A DNA stretch of 64,000 nucleotides, taken from IMG/VR virus record IMGVR_UViG_3300037067_014608. One strand, written 5' to 3'. Positions 53,496 through 63,688 of the stretch are shown here, piece after piece. The stretch is from a virus. Taxonomy: Duplodnaviria; Caudoviricetes. Both the position numbers and the translations under genes were made by a program. Positions within the stretch are counted from its first letter, which is position 1. Every line of letters begins with the position of its first letter. A model generated the notes under the pieces. That model was given only the letters and a program-made list of their open reading frames with translations. It ran no database searches and was not told where the DNA came from.

Positions 53496-56400
53496 GATGG
53501 TGTCACCTGTGTCTGATAGATGATTGTCTTGTTCCGATCCATTATAGTGAATGTCAGGTTATCGGTTGAACTGTAGGTGTCGTTGTATAGTGCTCCGAGC
53601 ACGATTGTTCCATTTGTTTCGTCTCTGTATGTGTAGAAGTCTGTCGTGATTCCTGTTGATGCATATGTCGGTGTCTGCGTCCAGAACGTCTCGATGTATT
53701 CAGACTCTTGCGGATAATAATATCGTGTTTCATTAATTCCGAGCGGTATATATTGATAGTGAACAGCATATTGTCCTGTGCTCAACATAATAAAGGTTAC
53801 TCCTCCATCCACACCTGTGGTTCCATTCATTGTTGAATTCAATACTGGCGTTGTTCCTAAATCTATTCCGAATAGTGCCGGAACCCAACTTAGTGGTACG
53901 GTTGAAGTTACTGCTATTGCAGATGCGTTCATCCCAACAATTGGTTCTCCGTTGTAATTCTGGCAGACAAACCGTACTGTCTTTGTAGATACGACTAACG
54001 TTTGACCGGATAATGCTGGCGATAGTTCAAGCGTATCATTAATGTTCATATCGATACTGTATGTGTCTGTCCGTTCTGCAAACCCTGATGCGGACGATGT
54101 AAATTCGACTGTTCCGAACGGATAATATCCGATGAACGTTCCGTTTGAGGTGGTTGTTGAATTCCCTAATGAATCTGTTACACCAACCGTAGGTATGAGG
54201 TTCCCACTTAAATCGGTATACATAAACATAACTTTATATAATGGATCTAATGTAATGTCTAAATCGTTGTACCCACTTACCATTGATGAAATAATATAAT
54301 TATTCATCGTAACGGTTGCGTTCCCATATTCGTTTGATGCTGTTAATGATATCGTATATATTCCGGTTCCGTTATACCAGTGCTTTGGATTTTGTTCGGT
54401 CGAGTAGTTGCCATCCCCGAAGCTCCAGTTCCAGATCGTAGGACTGTTTCCAGACGTATCGGTAAACTGGACGGAAAAGGGCGGTGTGCCACTTGTTACG
54501 TTACTTGTGAAGGAAGGAACCGGGATTGGGATTGAAGTTACATTAATATAATCATCATAGACGGTGAAGTTCGAACCTCCAGCATTTGTTGCTGTGAGGG
54601 CTACTGAAAAATTGCCACCGGTCGTATAGATATGGATTGGGTTTTGTTCGGTTGAGTTATATCCATCGCCAAAGTTCCAGAACCAGATTATTGGTGTGTT
54701 CCCGCTTGTATCCGTGAACTGCACTGCTAACGGTGTATCTCCTGAAGTTATATTTGCAGTAAATGAGGTTACGGGTGCCGGGGGTTTACTTACATATATA
54801 TAATTCGGTCTCGAAAGGGTATTGGTTCCTCCAGCGTTTGAAACTGTTAAATTAACCGTGTAACTTCCTCCATCCGGATACGTGTAAATTATATCCTCAT
54901 CATTACTATAATTGCCATCGCCGAACGACCAGTTCCATGCCGTCGGATATGATCCCCATTGCATTGAGGTATCGGTAAATTTAACAGTTAACGGTGCATC
55001 CCCTGTTGTTGGTGTTGCGGTAAAGTTTGCTACAGGGGGTGACGTTGGGTTTACCCAAATATAGTTCGTTGTTGTTGTTTTATTAAACCCGCCTGAATTT
55101 GAGGCGTTGAGTGATACGGTATAATTGCCTTGTGTGAGATATTTATGGGTTGGGTTTTGTTGATTTGAATAGTACCCATCACCGAACGACCAGTTCCATG
55201 CAATCGGAACGTTGCCAGAAGTGTCTGTGAATAGCACAGATAATGGCGCTTCTCCAAACGTTGTATTACTTGTGAAACTCGTTATTGGTTTTTGCACTGT
55301 GGTTGTTATATATCCTACTTTCGTCATGGCATTTGTGTTGTGTTCATTCGATACAGTCAGACTTACAGTAAATGTACCTGTTAAATTATATATATACATT
55401 GGGTTCTGATCGGTTGAATAGTTGCCATCACCGAACGACCAGTTCCAGTATAATGGATCTCCTGTTGAAGTATCTGTGAATTGAACGGCAAATGGTATTG
55501 ACCCGGTTGTTGCGTTTGCCGTAAAGTTTGCATAGGGTACTGATATATACCTGAATATTACCGCTCCTGAATATCCATATCCCGATCTTCCTGTTGCCCA
55601 TCCACCACCACCGCCACCAGCACCGTATTGTGTAGCGTTTGTTGCTGGTGTGTCACTATACCCACCTCTTCCACCGCCACCAAGTCCACCATAACTTTGC
55701 GCAGCACCTCCCGTGATACCACCGCCACCGCCACCTGCGTAATAGGTATAATTGCCGTTGATGTTTATTGGAAGACCAATCCCTCCGTTCCCTGCTACGG
55801 TGCCATTACCATTTGCACCAAGTCCGCCAGCACCGCCGCCACCACCTGATCCTACGTATTGAAGAACCGACCCCACACCACCATCATATCCTTGGCCGGT
55901 CGTGCCGTGTCCGCCACTTCCTTGTGAACCTCCCCCACCAGAACCCCCCTCATATCCGTATTTAAGGGCGTTATACGCTCCACCGCCCCCACCACCAATC
56001 GTCAAGATCTCTGCGGTTCCATTATTAATTGAAGAGTTTGAACCGTTTACACCCATTGTTGCAGATCCCGTTATACCCAATCCTCCACTACCTACCATAA
56101 TATTATAAGTAACTCCGGGAATAATCGAGTAATAATATCCGGATAACAATCCGCCAGCACCTCCGCCGCCACCGCCAGAACCTCCGCCAGAACCCCCGCC
56201 GGCTATTACCAAATAATCAATAAATATCGCGCCTTCCGGTGCTGTCCACGTATAGGTTCCCGGTGTTGTGAAGTTGACGACCGTGAAGTTAGATTGTAAG
56301 TAAATTGATTGTGTTTTTGAGACGTGGTTTGTTCCACTCGCATTTACGATATAATGAGTTATTGTATAATTTCCAAAGGTTGGGTATTTATACGTCACGT

Positions 56401-59400
56401 TTCTATTGGTTGACCCGTTACTCCAGTTCCCGTCCCCAAAATCCCACCTGTATTCTGTAATATCCATCCATTCGCTCGTATCATTGAAGTTCCAAATGTT
56501 TGGAGTTAAGTTTATAACTTCAGACATTGTGAAATTTGCTTCCGGAGGTGGTGAGACGTTGATAAAATACGTCTCTTGTGTGAAGTTTGTTCCGGCAATG
56601 TTATTTACACCTAACACAATCGACCAATTTCCTGTACCGAAGATCTGCGTTACATTCCTAGAACTACTGAACGTAACGGGCGTGTTATTTCCGGTAACAT
56701 TCGTGAAATTCCACTGCCACGCGGTTGGAATATTCTGGCTTGTATCATTAAACAGGACTGCCATTGGTTCAAACCCGATTGTAACATTTGATATAAAGGA
56801 TGCAATCGGGACTTGTATTGGGTATACATTGATGTAATCCACTCTTGCTGAAGACCCCGTTCCGCCAGCATTAGTTACATTTAATGTAACTGTATAATTA
56901 CCAACAACATAATAAGTAACAACAGGGTTTTGTTCTTCTGAAAATTCCCCGTTTCCAAATGACCAATTCCATGCTGTTAATTTTAATCCGATTGTTGTAT
57001 CATTAAACTGGACTGCCATCGGAACGATCCCTACGGTTATATTTGCTATGAAACTTGGTTCCGGAATCGGAACCTGACTTGTGATTATATACCCTGTTTT
57101 TGTCGTTGTGCTTGATGCATAGATACTATTTGCAATTTCTGTTACATCATACGTTCCCGGTACTTCGTATACGTGACTTACCGTTTGGTTTGTTCCATTA
57201 CTCCAATTTCCGTCTCCAAACGACCAGTTCCACCACGTTGCATTATCGTTTGTTTTTGTTACCGTGAATGTTACAGGGAATGGCACATATCCGGTTGTCT
57301 GGTTCGCCGTGAAATCCGAATATGTTTGGTTATACACGGTAATATAATTTGTTTTCGTTGAGGTGTTTGAACCACCAGCATTTATTGCCGTCATTGTTAC
57401 GGTATAATTACCACCAGAATAGAACGTGTGAACGGGGTTCTGTTCTGATACTAGGTTCCCATCTCCAAATAACCAATACCAGTTATAGATCCCTAATCCT
57501 GTTGATTGATCGGTAAACTCTACTGATAATGGATATACTCCCGACGTAATATTACTAGTAAACTTAGCGACCGGTGCTGCATAGGGCGTTGCCGAAATGT
57601 AATTTGTTATATTCGTCCAGTTCGTCCAGTGTCCATTACTTGTCGAGTACCTGACAGTATACGTTCCGATTATTTCATAAGTGTGGGTTGGGTTCTGATC
57701 TGTTGATGTGTTACCATCTCCAAACTCCCAATAGTATGATGTTGCGTTTTGACCATACCCGGAGAATGCGATTGATACCGGTGTTATACCGGTTGTTGCA
57801 TTGCTTGTGAAACTTGACGTTGTTTTATTATAAACTGTTATGTAATCAGTGATTGTTGTTGTATTTGATGTATATGCATTACTTGCTTTTTCCGATACTG
57901 TATACGATCCGCCTGTCCAATATGTATGCGTTATGTTCTGAGTTGTACTATTAACCCAGTTCCCATCGCCAAATGACCAGTTCCAATAGGTGGCGTTATC
58001 ATCAGGAGTGGTTACGTTAAATACAACCGTTAAGGGGAATATACCTTCTGTGACGTTCGCCGTAAATCCTGTAACGGTTGTATTCCTTACCTCGATATAT
58101 TTTGGCATTATTGATAGGTTATATCCCCCATGATCGTTCTGGACTACCCGCATTATGGTATAATTTCCACCAGATGCAAAGATATAACTAATATTTTGCG
58201 TGCTACCGTTCGTCCAGTTTAATCCCCCGTTAAATGACCAATTCCAGATAGTGCCATTGTCATTGACAACAGTTGTGTTGAAATCAACCGTGAGTGGGAT
58301 CATACCATATCTTGGCGTACCTGTAAATCCAGATGTGGTTTGATTGTATATTGTTATGTAATCAACTTTTGTCGATGTGTTTGAACCACCAAGGTTGGTT
58401 ACTGTCTGCGATACTGTGTAAGTTCCACCTGAATAGAATGTATGTGCCGGGTTCTGGGTCTGGTTCGTTCCGCCGTCTCCAAACGCCCATGTCCATGTCT
58501 GTGGGTTTATTGTATTGGATTCATCAACAAATGATACTGTCAATGGGAAAAGTCCACTTAATGGTGAACCACTAAAATTAGCTACTGGTGCCGGAGGTTC
58601 TATTGCCGTAATATAATCTGTTAATACTGTCGTATTTGAATAGTATGGATTATTTGCTATTTCCGTGACTGAATATGTGCCTGCGGTTGTGTAAACGTGC
58701 GTTGCGTTTTGTGTGGTTGAGTTAAACCATCCGCCGTCCCCATACCCCCAACTCCAACTTGTTGCATTATCCTTTGGGTTAGTTACACTAAATGAGACTA
58801 CGAGTGGAGTATATCCCGTCGTTGGGACTCCATTAAATCCAGATAGGGTCTGATTATATACCGTGATATAATTTGGTTTTGTTGTTACGTTCGAGGCATA
58901 TTGGTTCGTCGCCCATTCTGATACGGTGTATGATCCTCCGTTCGCATACGTATGAACCGGGTTTTTCTCACCAGAATCCGACGTATTAAACCAAACCCCA
59001 TCACCAAACGACCAGTTCCAATAGGATGCGTTATCGTTTGATGATGTCAATGTAAACTGGACTGCTAATGGGAATACGCCTGTTGTCTGATTTGCTGTAA
59101 ACCCTGTAAATGTCGAGTTATATACGGTAATATAATCTGGAATTGTTGTGGTATTCGTCCAATATGCATTACCCGCGTTTTGCGTTACTGTGAATGTGCC
59201 ACCAGTTGCATAAACATGCGTTGGACTTTGGGTAGATCCGTTGAGGTACGTCCCATCACCAAAACTCCAGTTCCACCATGTTGCATTATCATTGAACTTT
59301 GATGGAGAGAATTTTACGGCTAATGAGAATACTCCGCTTGTTTTGTTTGCAGAAAATCCCGAAACCGTTTTATTATATACGGTAATGTAATTTAGTTTCG

Positions 59401-61381
59401 TGGTCTGGTTTGATCCACCAAGGTTTGATGCCGTTAATGTGACTGTATATGAACCTCCGGATGCATAGGAATGTATCGGGTTCTGGAGTGCACTTGATTG
59501 CCCATCACCAAATGACCAGACCCACGTTGTTGGTGCGTTTGACGTGGTGTCGGTAAACTGAACGTCCAGCGGATATAGTCCTGTTGTCTGGTTCGCTGTA
59601 AAGTCCGCTTGTGGAATGGGTAATGTTACATTAATCCATGTTGGTTGTGTCGAGGTGCTTGTCCCTGCAATGTTGCTTGCAGTCAAGGTTATTTTATAAT
59701 TTCCATATCCAAAGATTTGTGTTGGGTTCTTAGAATTACTAAAGGTTACCGGAGTATTATTCCCTGTAACATTGGTGAAATTCCATATCCATCCTGTTGG
59801 CGTATTGGTTGTTGTATCTGTAAATGCAACTGCAAGCGGCATAACCCCGGACGTTTTATTTACAGTAAAACTCGCAACCGGAGAGAATATTGTAGTATAT
59901 GTTAAATAAACGAATCCTTTTGATCCTGCCCCACCACTATCCGTCACAAGGTGACCGTATAACTCCGGGCCACCTCCACCGCCACCAGCACCATAATTAC
60001 TTCCTCCCGCAGCACCAGCACCTGCATATCCTGCTGTACCTGACGATGCTGATGTCGATGACATTCCAGAGACGATATTACCATTACTTCCGGTTGCTGC
60101 ATGATCACGGATAATCTGCCACGATGTCCACCCCTGCTTCCAAACACCGGTTACGTTTCCTCCGTTTCCACCAGCAGCAGAGTATCCAAATGCGGTTGTT
60201 GATACTCCATTGCTACCTTTGAGTTGTATTGTCTGGTTATCTTCTGTACAAATATCATACGGGTAATTATTACCCATAAGTGATGTGAGTACACCTCCCC
60301 CAGTACCAGATCCTGCTGTACCTACAACAATTGAATATCCTGTTCCGGGAGTCACTGATATGTTTGTTTGAGGGTTATACTCAGATGCAAATCCTCCGGC
60401 TCCTTGCCCCGATGGGCCTATATTTGTGTTTGTAAGCGTACAGGCATAAAGTCCTGTTTGGGTATACATTGAGATGGAGGTGCCATATCCGCCACCAGCA
60501 CCACCGCCACCTCCAACAAGTATTGCACTTGCATTATGCACGTTTGCCGGGGCTGTCCACGTTCCGCTACCATAAAATATAACGGTTGGGTCTGGCCCGT
60601 CGAACGTTGGATCTCCATATGGCGCGTATGAAAAAGCGTTCGCCAGATTTACCAGCAATGCGTTTGCCGGTGACTCGACTTCAACCGTAACATTCTCGTA
60701 TCTCGATGACACTATTGATAAATTATCCATTGTTGATTGGTTGTATAGTTTCGTTCCGTTGTGAGGGAAATATACATCCGGAGCCAACTGATCTAATGAG
60801 ACGGTTGTATTGACCAATACTTTTTTTGGTTCTTGTATGGTAAATGGTGCATCATATACTCTCACCGGGTTATGGACTTCAACGGCGTTCCCATTTCTCG
60901 TTACAGTTAAATTAAATTTGTTTGTTTTTGTTTCCGGGTCATATGTTTGACTGTAAACAGTAATATTAATTAAGTCGCCGTTATTTAAGGTAATTGACGA
61001 TTTGCCACGAAGATCAACATACTTGTTAATGTATTGAGCTACCGCATCTGCTTTTTCAGTTTCATTTAGTCCTTGTAATGACTCGTTAAGTGAATTTTTA
61101 GGTATGTCGTATTTTTTATTAGAATACGTATCGTTTGTGATAAATCCCTGATCAATTACCAGTGTTTTTTCCGCTCGGGTTACTTTGTCAGATTCACTAA
61201 TTAGTTTACCGGTCTCTATTCTAGGTGTTTCCTGACTTGGTTTTGTAATATACTGATCTTCACTAGGACTAGGATTTAAATACACAAAATAGTAAATTAC
61301 CGCACTGATAACAGCGACGACTATTAACCCTAAAATACATAATAGTGCAATACGTCTTCTATTATCTGTAGAACTTGTCAT
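53492..61381 (-). CDS. 2629-aa surface protein: N-terminal signal-anchor, unique domain, 2 Gly-rich domains, ~19 PKD, shared C-terminal domain
   Basis: GGTGAGG RBS; ends IIYQTQVTPS. Confidence 0.9.
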   Translation of the reverse strand: MTSSTDNRRRIALLCILGLIVVAVISAVIYYFVYLNPSPSEDQYITKPSQETPRIETGKLISESDKVTRAEKTLVIDQGFITNDTYSNKKYDIPKNSLNESLQGLNETEKADAVAQYINKYVDLRGKSSITLNNGDLINITVYSQTYDPETKTNKFNLTVTRNGNAVEVHNPVRVYDAPFTIQEPKKVLVNTTVSLDQLAPDVYFPHNGTKLYNQSTMDNLSIVSSRYENVTVEVESPANALLVNLANAFSYAPYGDPTFDGPDPTVIFYGSGTWTAPANVHNASAILVGGGGGAGGGYGTSISMYTQTGLYACTLTNTNIGPSGQGAGGFASEYNPQTNISVTPGTGYSIVVGTAGSGTGGGVLTSLMGNNYPYDICTEDNQTIQLKGSNGVSTTAFGYSAAGGNGGNVTGVWKQGWTSWQIIRDHAATGSNGNIVSGMSSTSASSGTAGYAGAGAAGGSNYGAGGGGGGPELYGHLVTDSGGAGSKGFVYLTYTTIFSPVASFTVNKTSGVMPLAVAFTDTTTNTPTGWIWNFTNVTGNNTPVTFSNSKNPTQIFGYGNYKITLTASNIAGTSTSTQPTWINVTLPIPQADFTANQTTGLYPLDVQFTDTTSNAPTTWVWSFGDGQSSALQNPIHSYASGGSYTVTLTASNLGGSNQTTKLNYITVYNKTVSGFSANKTSGVFSLAVKFSPSKFNDNATWWNWSFGDGTYLNGSTQSPTHVYATGGTFTVTQNAGNAYWTNTTTIPDYITVYNSTFTGFTANQTTGVFPLAVQFTLTSSNDNASYWNWSFGDGVWFNTSDSGEKNPVHTYANGGSYTVSEWATNQYASNVTTKPNYITVYNQTLSGFNGVPTTGYTPLVVSFSVTNPKDNATSWSWGYGDGGWFNSTTQNATHVYTTAGTYSVTEIANNPYYSNTTVLTDYITAIEPPAPVANFSGSPLSGLFPLTVSFVDESNTINPQTWTWAFGDGGTNQTQNPAHTFYSGGTYTVSQTVTNLGGSNTSTKVDYITIYNQTTSGFTGTPRYGMIPLTVDFNTTVVNDNGTIWNWSFNGGLNWTNGSTQNISYIFASGGNYTIMRVVQNDHGGYNLSIMPKYIEVRNTTVTGFTANVTEGIFPLTVVFNVTTPDDNATYWNWSFGDGNWVNSTTQNITHTYWTGGSYTVSEKASNAYTSNTTTITDYITVYNKTTSSFTSNATTGITPVSIAFSGYGQNATSYYWEFGDGNTSTDQNPTHTYEIIGTYTVRYSTSNGHWTNWTNITNYISATPYAAPVAKFTSNITSGVYPLSVEFTDQSTGLGIYNWYWLFGDGNLVSEQNPVHTFYSGGNYTVTMTAINAGGSNTSTKTNYITVYNQTYSDFTANQTTGYVPFPVTFTVTKTNDNATWWNWSFGDGNWSNGTNQTVSHVYEVPGTYDVTEIANSIYASSTTTKTGYIITSQVPIPEPSFIANITVGIVPMAVQFNDTTIGLKLTAWNWSFGNGEFSEEQNPVVTYYVVGNYTVTLNVTNAGGTGSSARVDYINVYPIQVPIASFISNVTIGFEPMAVLFNDTSQNIPTAWQWNFTNVTGNNTPVTFSSSRNVTQIFGTGNWSIVLGVNNIAGTNFTQETYFINVSPPPEANFTMSEVINLTPNIWNFNDTSEWMDITEYRWDFGDGNWSNGSTNRNVTYKYPTFGNYTITHYIVNASGTNHVSKTQSIYLQSNFTVVNFTTPGTYTWTAPEGAIFIDYLVIAGGGSGGGSGGGGGGAGGLLSGYYYSIIPGVTYNIMVGSGGLGITGSATMGVNGSNSSINNGTAEILTIGGGGGGAYNALKYGYEGGSGGGGSQGSGGHGTTGQGYDGGVGSVLQYVGSGGGGGAGGLGANGNGTVAGNGGIGLPININGNYTYYAGGGGGGITGGAAQSYGGLGGGGRGGYSDTPATNATQYGAGGGGGGWATGRSGYGYSGAVIFRYISVPYANFTANATTGSIPFAVQFTDTSTGDPLYWNWSFGDGNYSTDQNPMYIYNLTGTFTVSLTVSNEHNTNAMTKVGYITTTVQKPITSFTSNTTFGEAPLSVLFTDTSGNVPIAWNWSFGDGYYSNQQNPTHKYLTQGNYTVSLNASNSGGFNKTTTTNYIWVNPTSPPVANFTATPTTGDAPLTVKFTDTSMQWGSYPTAWNWSFGDGNYSNDEDIIYTYPDGGSYTVNLTVSNAGGTNTLSRPNYIYVSKPPAPVTSFTANITSGDTPLAVQFTDTSGNTPIIWFWNFGDGYNSTEQNPIHIYTTGGNFSVALTATNAGGSNFTVYDDYINVTSIPIPVPSFTSNVTSGTPPFSVQFTDTSGNSPTIWNWSFGDGNYSTEQNPKHWYNGTGIYTISLTASNEYGNATVTMNNYIISSMVSGYNDLDITLDPLYKVMFMYTDLSGNLIPTVGVTDSLGNSTTTSNGTFIGYYPFGTVEFTSSASGFAERTDTYSIDMNINDTLELSPALSGQTLVVSTKTVRFVCQNYNGEPIVGMNASAIAVTSTVPLSWVPALFGIDLGTTPVLNSTMNGTTGVDGGVTFIMLSTGQYAVHYQYIPLGINETRYYYPQESEYIETFWTQTPTYASTGITTDFYTYRDETNGTIVLGALYNDTYSSTDNLTFTIMDRNKTIIYQTQVTPS

Positions 61382-61558
61382 TCCTCACCTGAAATATTGT
61401 ATGACGTGTTACTGGCACAACACATCTAATATATATACATTTACATTAGTCTTCTCTACCCTCTTTATTTATAAACCTTTCACCGAGAGATAATTTTGGA
61501 AATAATCCAGAAATATCAGGTATTACGTCGATAGGTGTACCAAAGGTTAATATCTTAG
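61382..61558 (-). repeat. Promoter/5'-UTR cassette copy D
   Basis: Near-identical to copy A 33 kb away. Confidence 0.92.
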
Positions 61559-61561
61559 TAA

Positions 61562-63685
61562 TCATGCTGGTGTCACCCACGTCTGGTAGATTATTGTTCT
61601 GTTTCCATTCATTACCGTGAATGTCAGGTTATCCGTTGAACCGAACGTATCGTTATATACCACCCCGAGTGTGATTGTTCCATTTGATTCGTTTTTGTAT
61701 GTGTAGAAATCTGTGATAATTCCTGATGATGCATACGTCGGTGCCTGTGTCCAGAATGTCTCGATATACTCTGTTTCTTGCGGATAGTAATATCGGGTCT
61801 CGTTAATGCCGTAGGCTGGTGCATTATACCATACCCGATATTTCGAGGTCGGCAACATCACAAAGGTTATGCCACCATCATGACCGGTTGTACCTGACAT
61901 TGTTGTGTTTGTTAATGCGGTTGATCCTAGATCTATACCGAATAATGCCGGAACCCAACTATCCGGCATTGTCGATGACACTGCTACTGCCGATACGTTC
62001 ATTCCAACAATCGGATTTCCGTTGTAATTCTGGCAGACAAACCTTACTGTATTTGTATTAACCATCTGGATCTGAGATTGTGCTGGCGCTTTCATGAGCT
62101 GGACTACAATTGAACGGTTGCTATCTAAAATATATGAGTTTGATTGGCTGACATATCCACTTGCTGATATGTAAAATGCAGCAACTCCCGTTGGGTAATA
62201 TCCAGTAAACGTTCCATTTGTCGTCGTTGTTGAATTGCCCGTATGATCCAACACTGTAACTGCCGAAATATTATTTCCGTTTGTATCTTGGAACGAGAGG
62301 ACTATCTGGAATAGCGGGGTTAAGTATAGGTTCGCTTTGTTTCTTCCATTTGAATATGCACCGATATAATTGTATTTTGTTGTTGTGTTACTCCCATACG
62401 AATTCGTTGCGGTAAGCGCGACATTATACGTCCCGATAGCCCCGTATATATTTACCGGGTTCTGATCTGTTGATGTGTTTCCATCTCCAAAATCCCAACT
62501 CCAACTTGTCGGGGAATTTGTTGAAGTGTCGGTAAACTTTACTGCAAATGACGGGTTGCCTTGCGTAATATTGCTCGTAAAGTTTGCTACCGGTACGGGT
62601 GCCCCAATTGCAACGTAGTCCGGTATTGATGACGTGTTGCTTCCATACGAGTTTGTTGCGGTAAAGGTTACGCGGAACGATCCATTTACATTATACGTAT
62701 GTGTTGGATTCTGTGCATTCGAATAATTACCATCACCGAAACTCCAGTTCCAACTTGTTGGATTTAATGTCGAAAGATCGGTGAAGGTTACTGTTGTTCC
62801 TACATACCCGCTTCGTGGTGTTGCAGAGAAGTTTGCAACTGGCACGGGTGAGACTATAGTAACATAATACGGGCGGGTCATTACACTATACCCATATGAA
62901 TTTGATGCGTTTAATGCAACAGAGAATGTGCCGTTCGTTGAGTATACGTGATCCGGGTTTTGTAGTTCTGAATAACTGCCGTCTCCGAACGACCAGTTCC
63001 ATGCCGTTGGGGAGTTTGTCGATGTATCGGTAAATTGCGTATCTGTTCCAACGTATCCCAATAATGGTGTTCCTGTGAAATTCGTTCCCGGAACCGGTGC
63101 GTCATAAACCCTGATATAATCTACAATGGATGTATTATTAAATCCTAATACATTTGTTACATTTAGTGTGACGGTATAATTCATTAAAAGGAAGTAAGTA
63201 TGGATCGGGTTTTGTACGGTGCTATTCGAACCATCTCCGAAATCCCATAATCTGCCTGTAGGGTTTCCTGTCGAGATGTCATAGAACTGGACGGTAAATG
63301 GCCTATACCCTGACGTTTGGTTTGCTCCGAAAATGGATACTGGCTCTACGGCAGTCATGTTAACAAATTGGGTGTATTTGCTGTACCCCTCTGAATTTGA
63401 TGCGTTTAATTCTATTAACCAGTTCCCAAACCCAAATATCCCTGCTGTGTTCTGTAAAGTACTGAACTGTATCGGAGTGTTATTCCCGGTTACGTTTGTA
63501 AATGTCCACAGCCATGCGGTGGGGACGTATAATGAAGTGTCTGTAAACACTGCAATTACGGTTGTTTCGTTATATTCTGTTGATACACTGAATGATGATA
63601 TTGGTGCTGATGCCGCACTTACAGGCATAACTATCGCTAACAAACACACAAAAATAAAGACATATGTATATTTTTTCGGTTGCAT
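61562..63685 (-). CDS. 707-aa secreted protein: ~5 PKD, shared C-terminal domain
   Basis: Signal peptide VSA|A; ends IIYQTWVTPA. Confidence 0.88.
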   Translation of the reverse strand: MQPKKYTYVFIFVCLLAIVMPVSAASAPISSFSVSTEYNETTVIAVFTDTSLYVPTAWLWTFTNVTGNNTPIQFSTLQNTAGIFGFGNWLIELNASNSEGYSKYTQFVNMTAVEPVSIFGANQTSGYRPFTVQFYDISTGNPTGRLWDFGDGSNSTVQNPIHTYFLLMNYTVTLNVTNVLGFNNTSIVDYIRVYDAPVPGTNFTGTPLLGYVGTDTQFTDTSTNSPTAWNWSFGDGSYSELQNPDHVYSTNGTFSVALNASNSYGYSVMTRPYYVTIVSPVPVANFSATPRSGYVGTTVTFTDLSTLNPTSWNWSFGDGNYSNAQNPTHTYNVNGSFRVTFTATNSYGSNTSSIPDYVAIGAPVPVANFTSNITQGNPSFAVKFTDTSTNSPTSWSWDFGDGNTSTDQNPVNIYGAIGTYNVALTATNSYGSNTTTKYNYIGAYSNGRNKANLYLTPLFQIVLSFQDTNGNNISAVTVLDHTGNSTTTTNGTFTGYYPTGVAAFYISASGYVSQSNSYILDSNRSIVVQLMKAPAQSQIQMVNTNTVRFVCQNYNGNPIVGMNVSAVAVSSTMPDSWVPALFGIDLGSTALTNTTMSGTTGHDGGITFVMLPTSKYRVWYNAPAYGINETRYYYPQETEYIETFWTQAPTYASSGIITDFYTYKNESNGTITLGVVYNDTFGSTDNLTFTVMNGNRTIIYQTWVTPA

Positions 63686-63688
63686 CGT

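Noticed and set aside
53480-53510. Programmed frameshift fusing the 2629-aa protein to the anchor
   Set aside because: No slippery heptamer; the anchor has its own RBS and cleavable signal peptide
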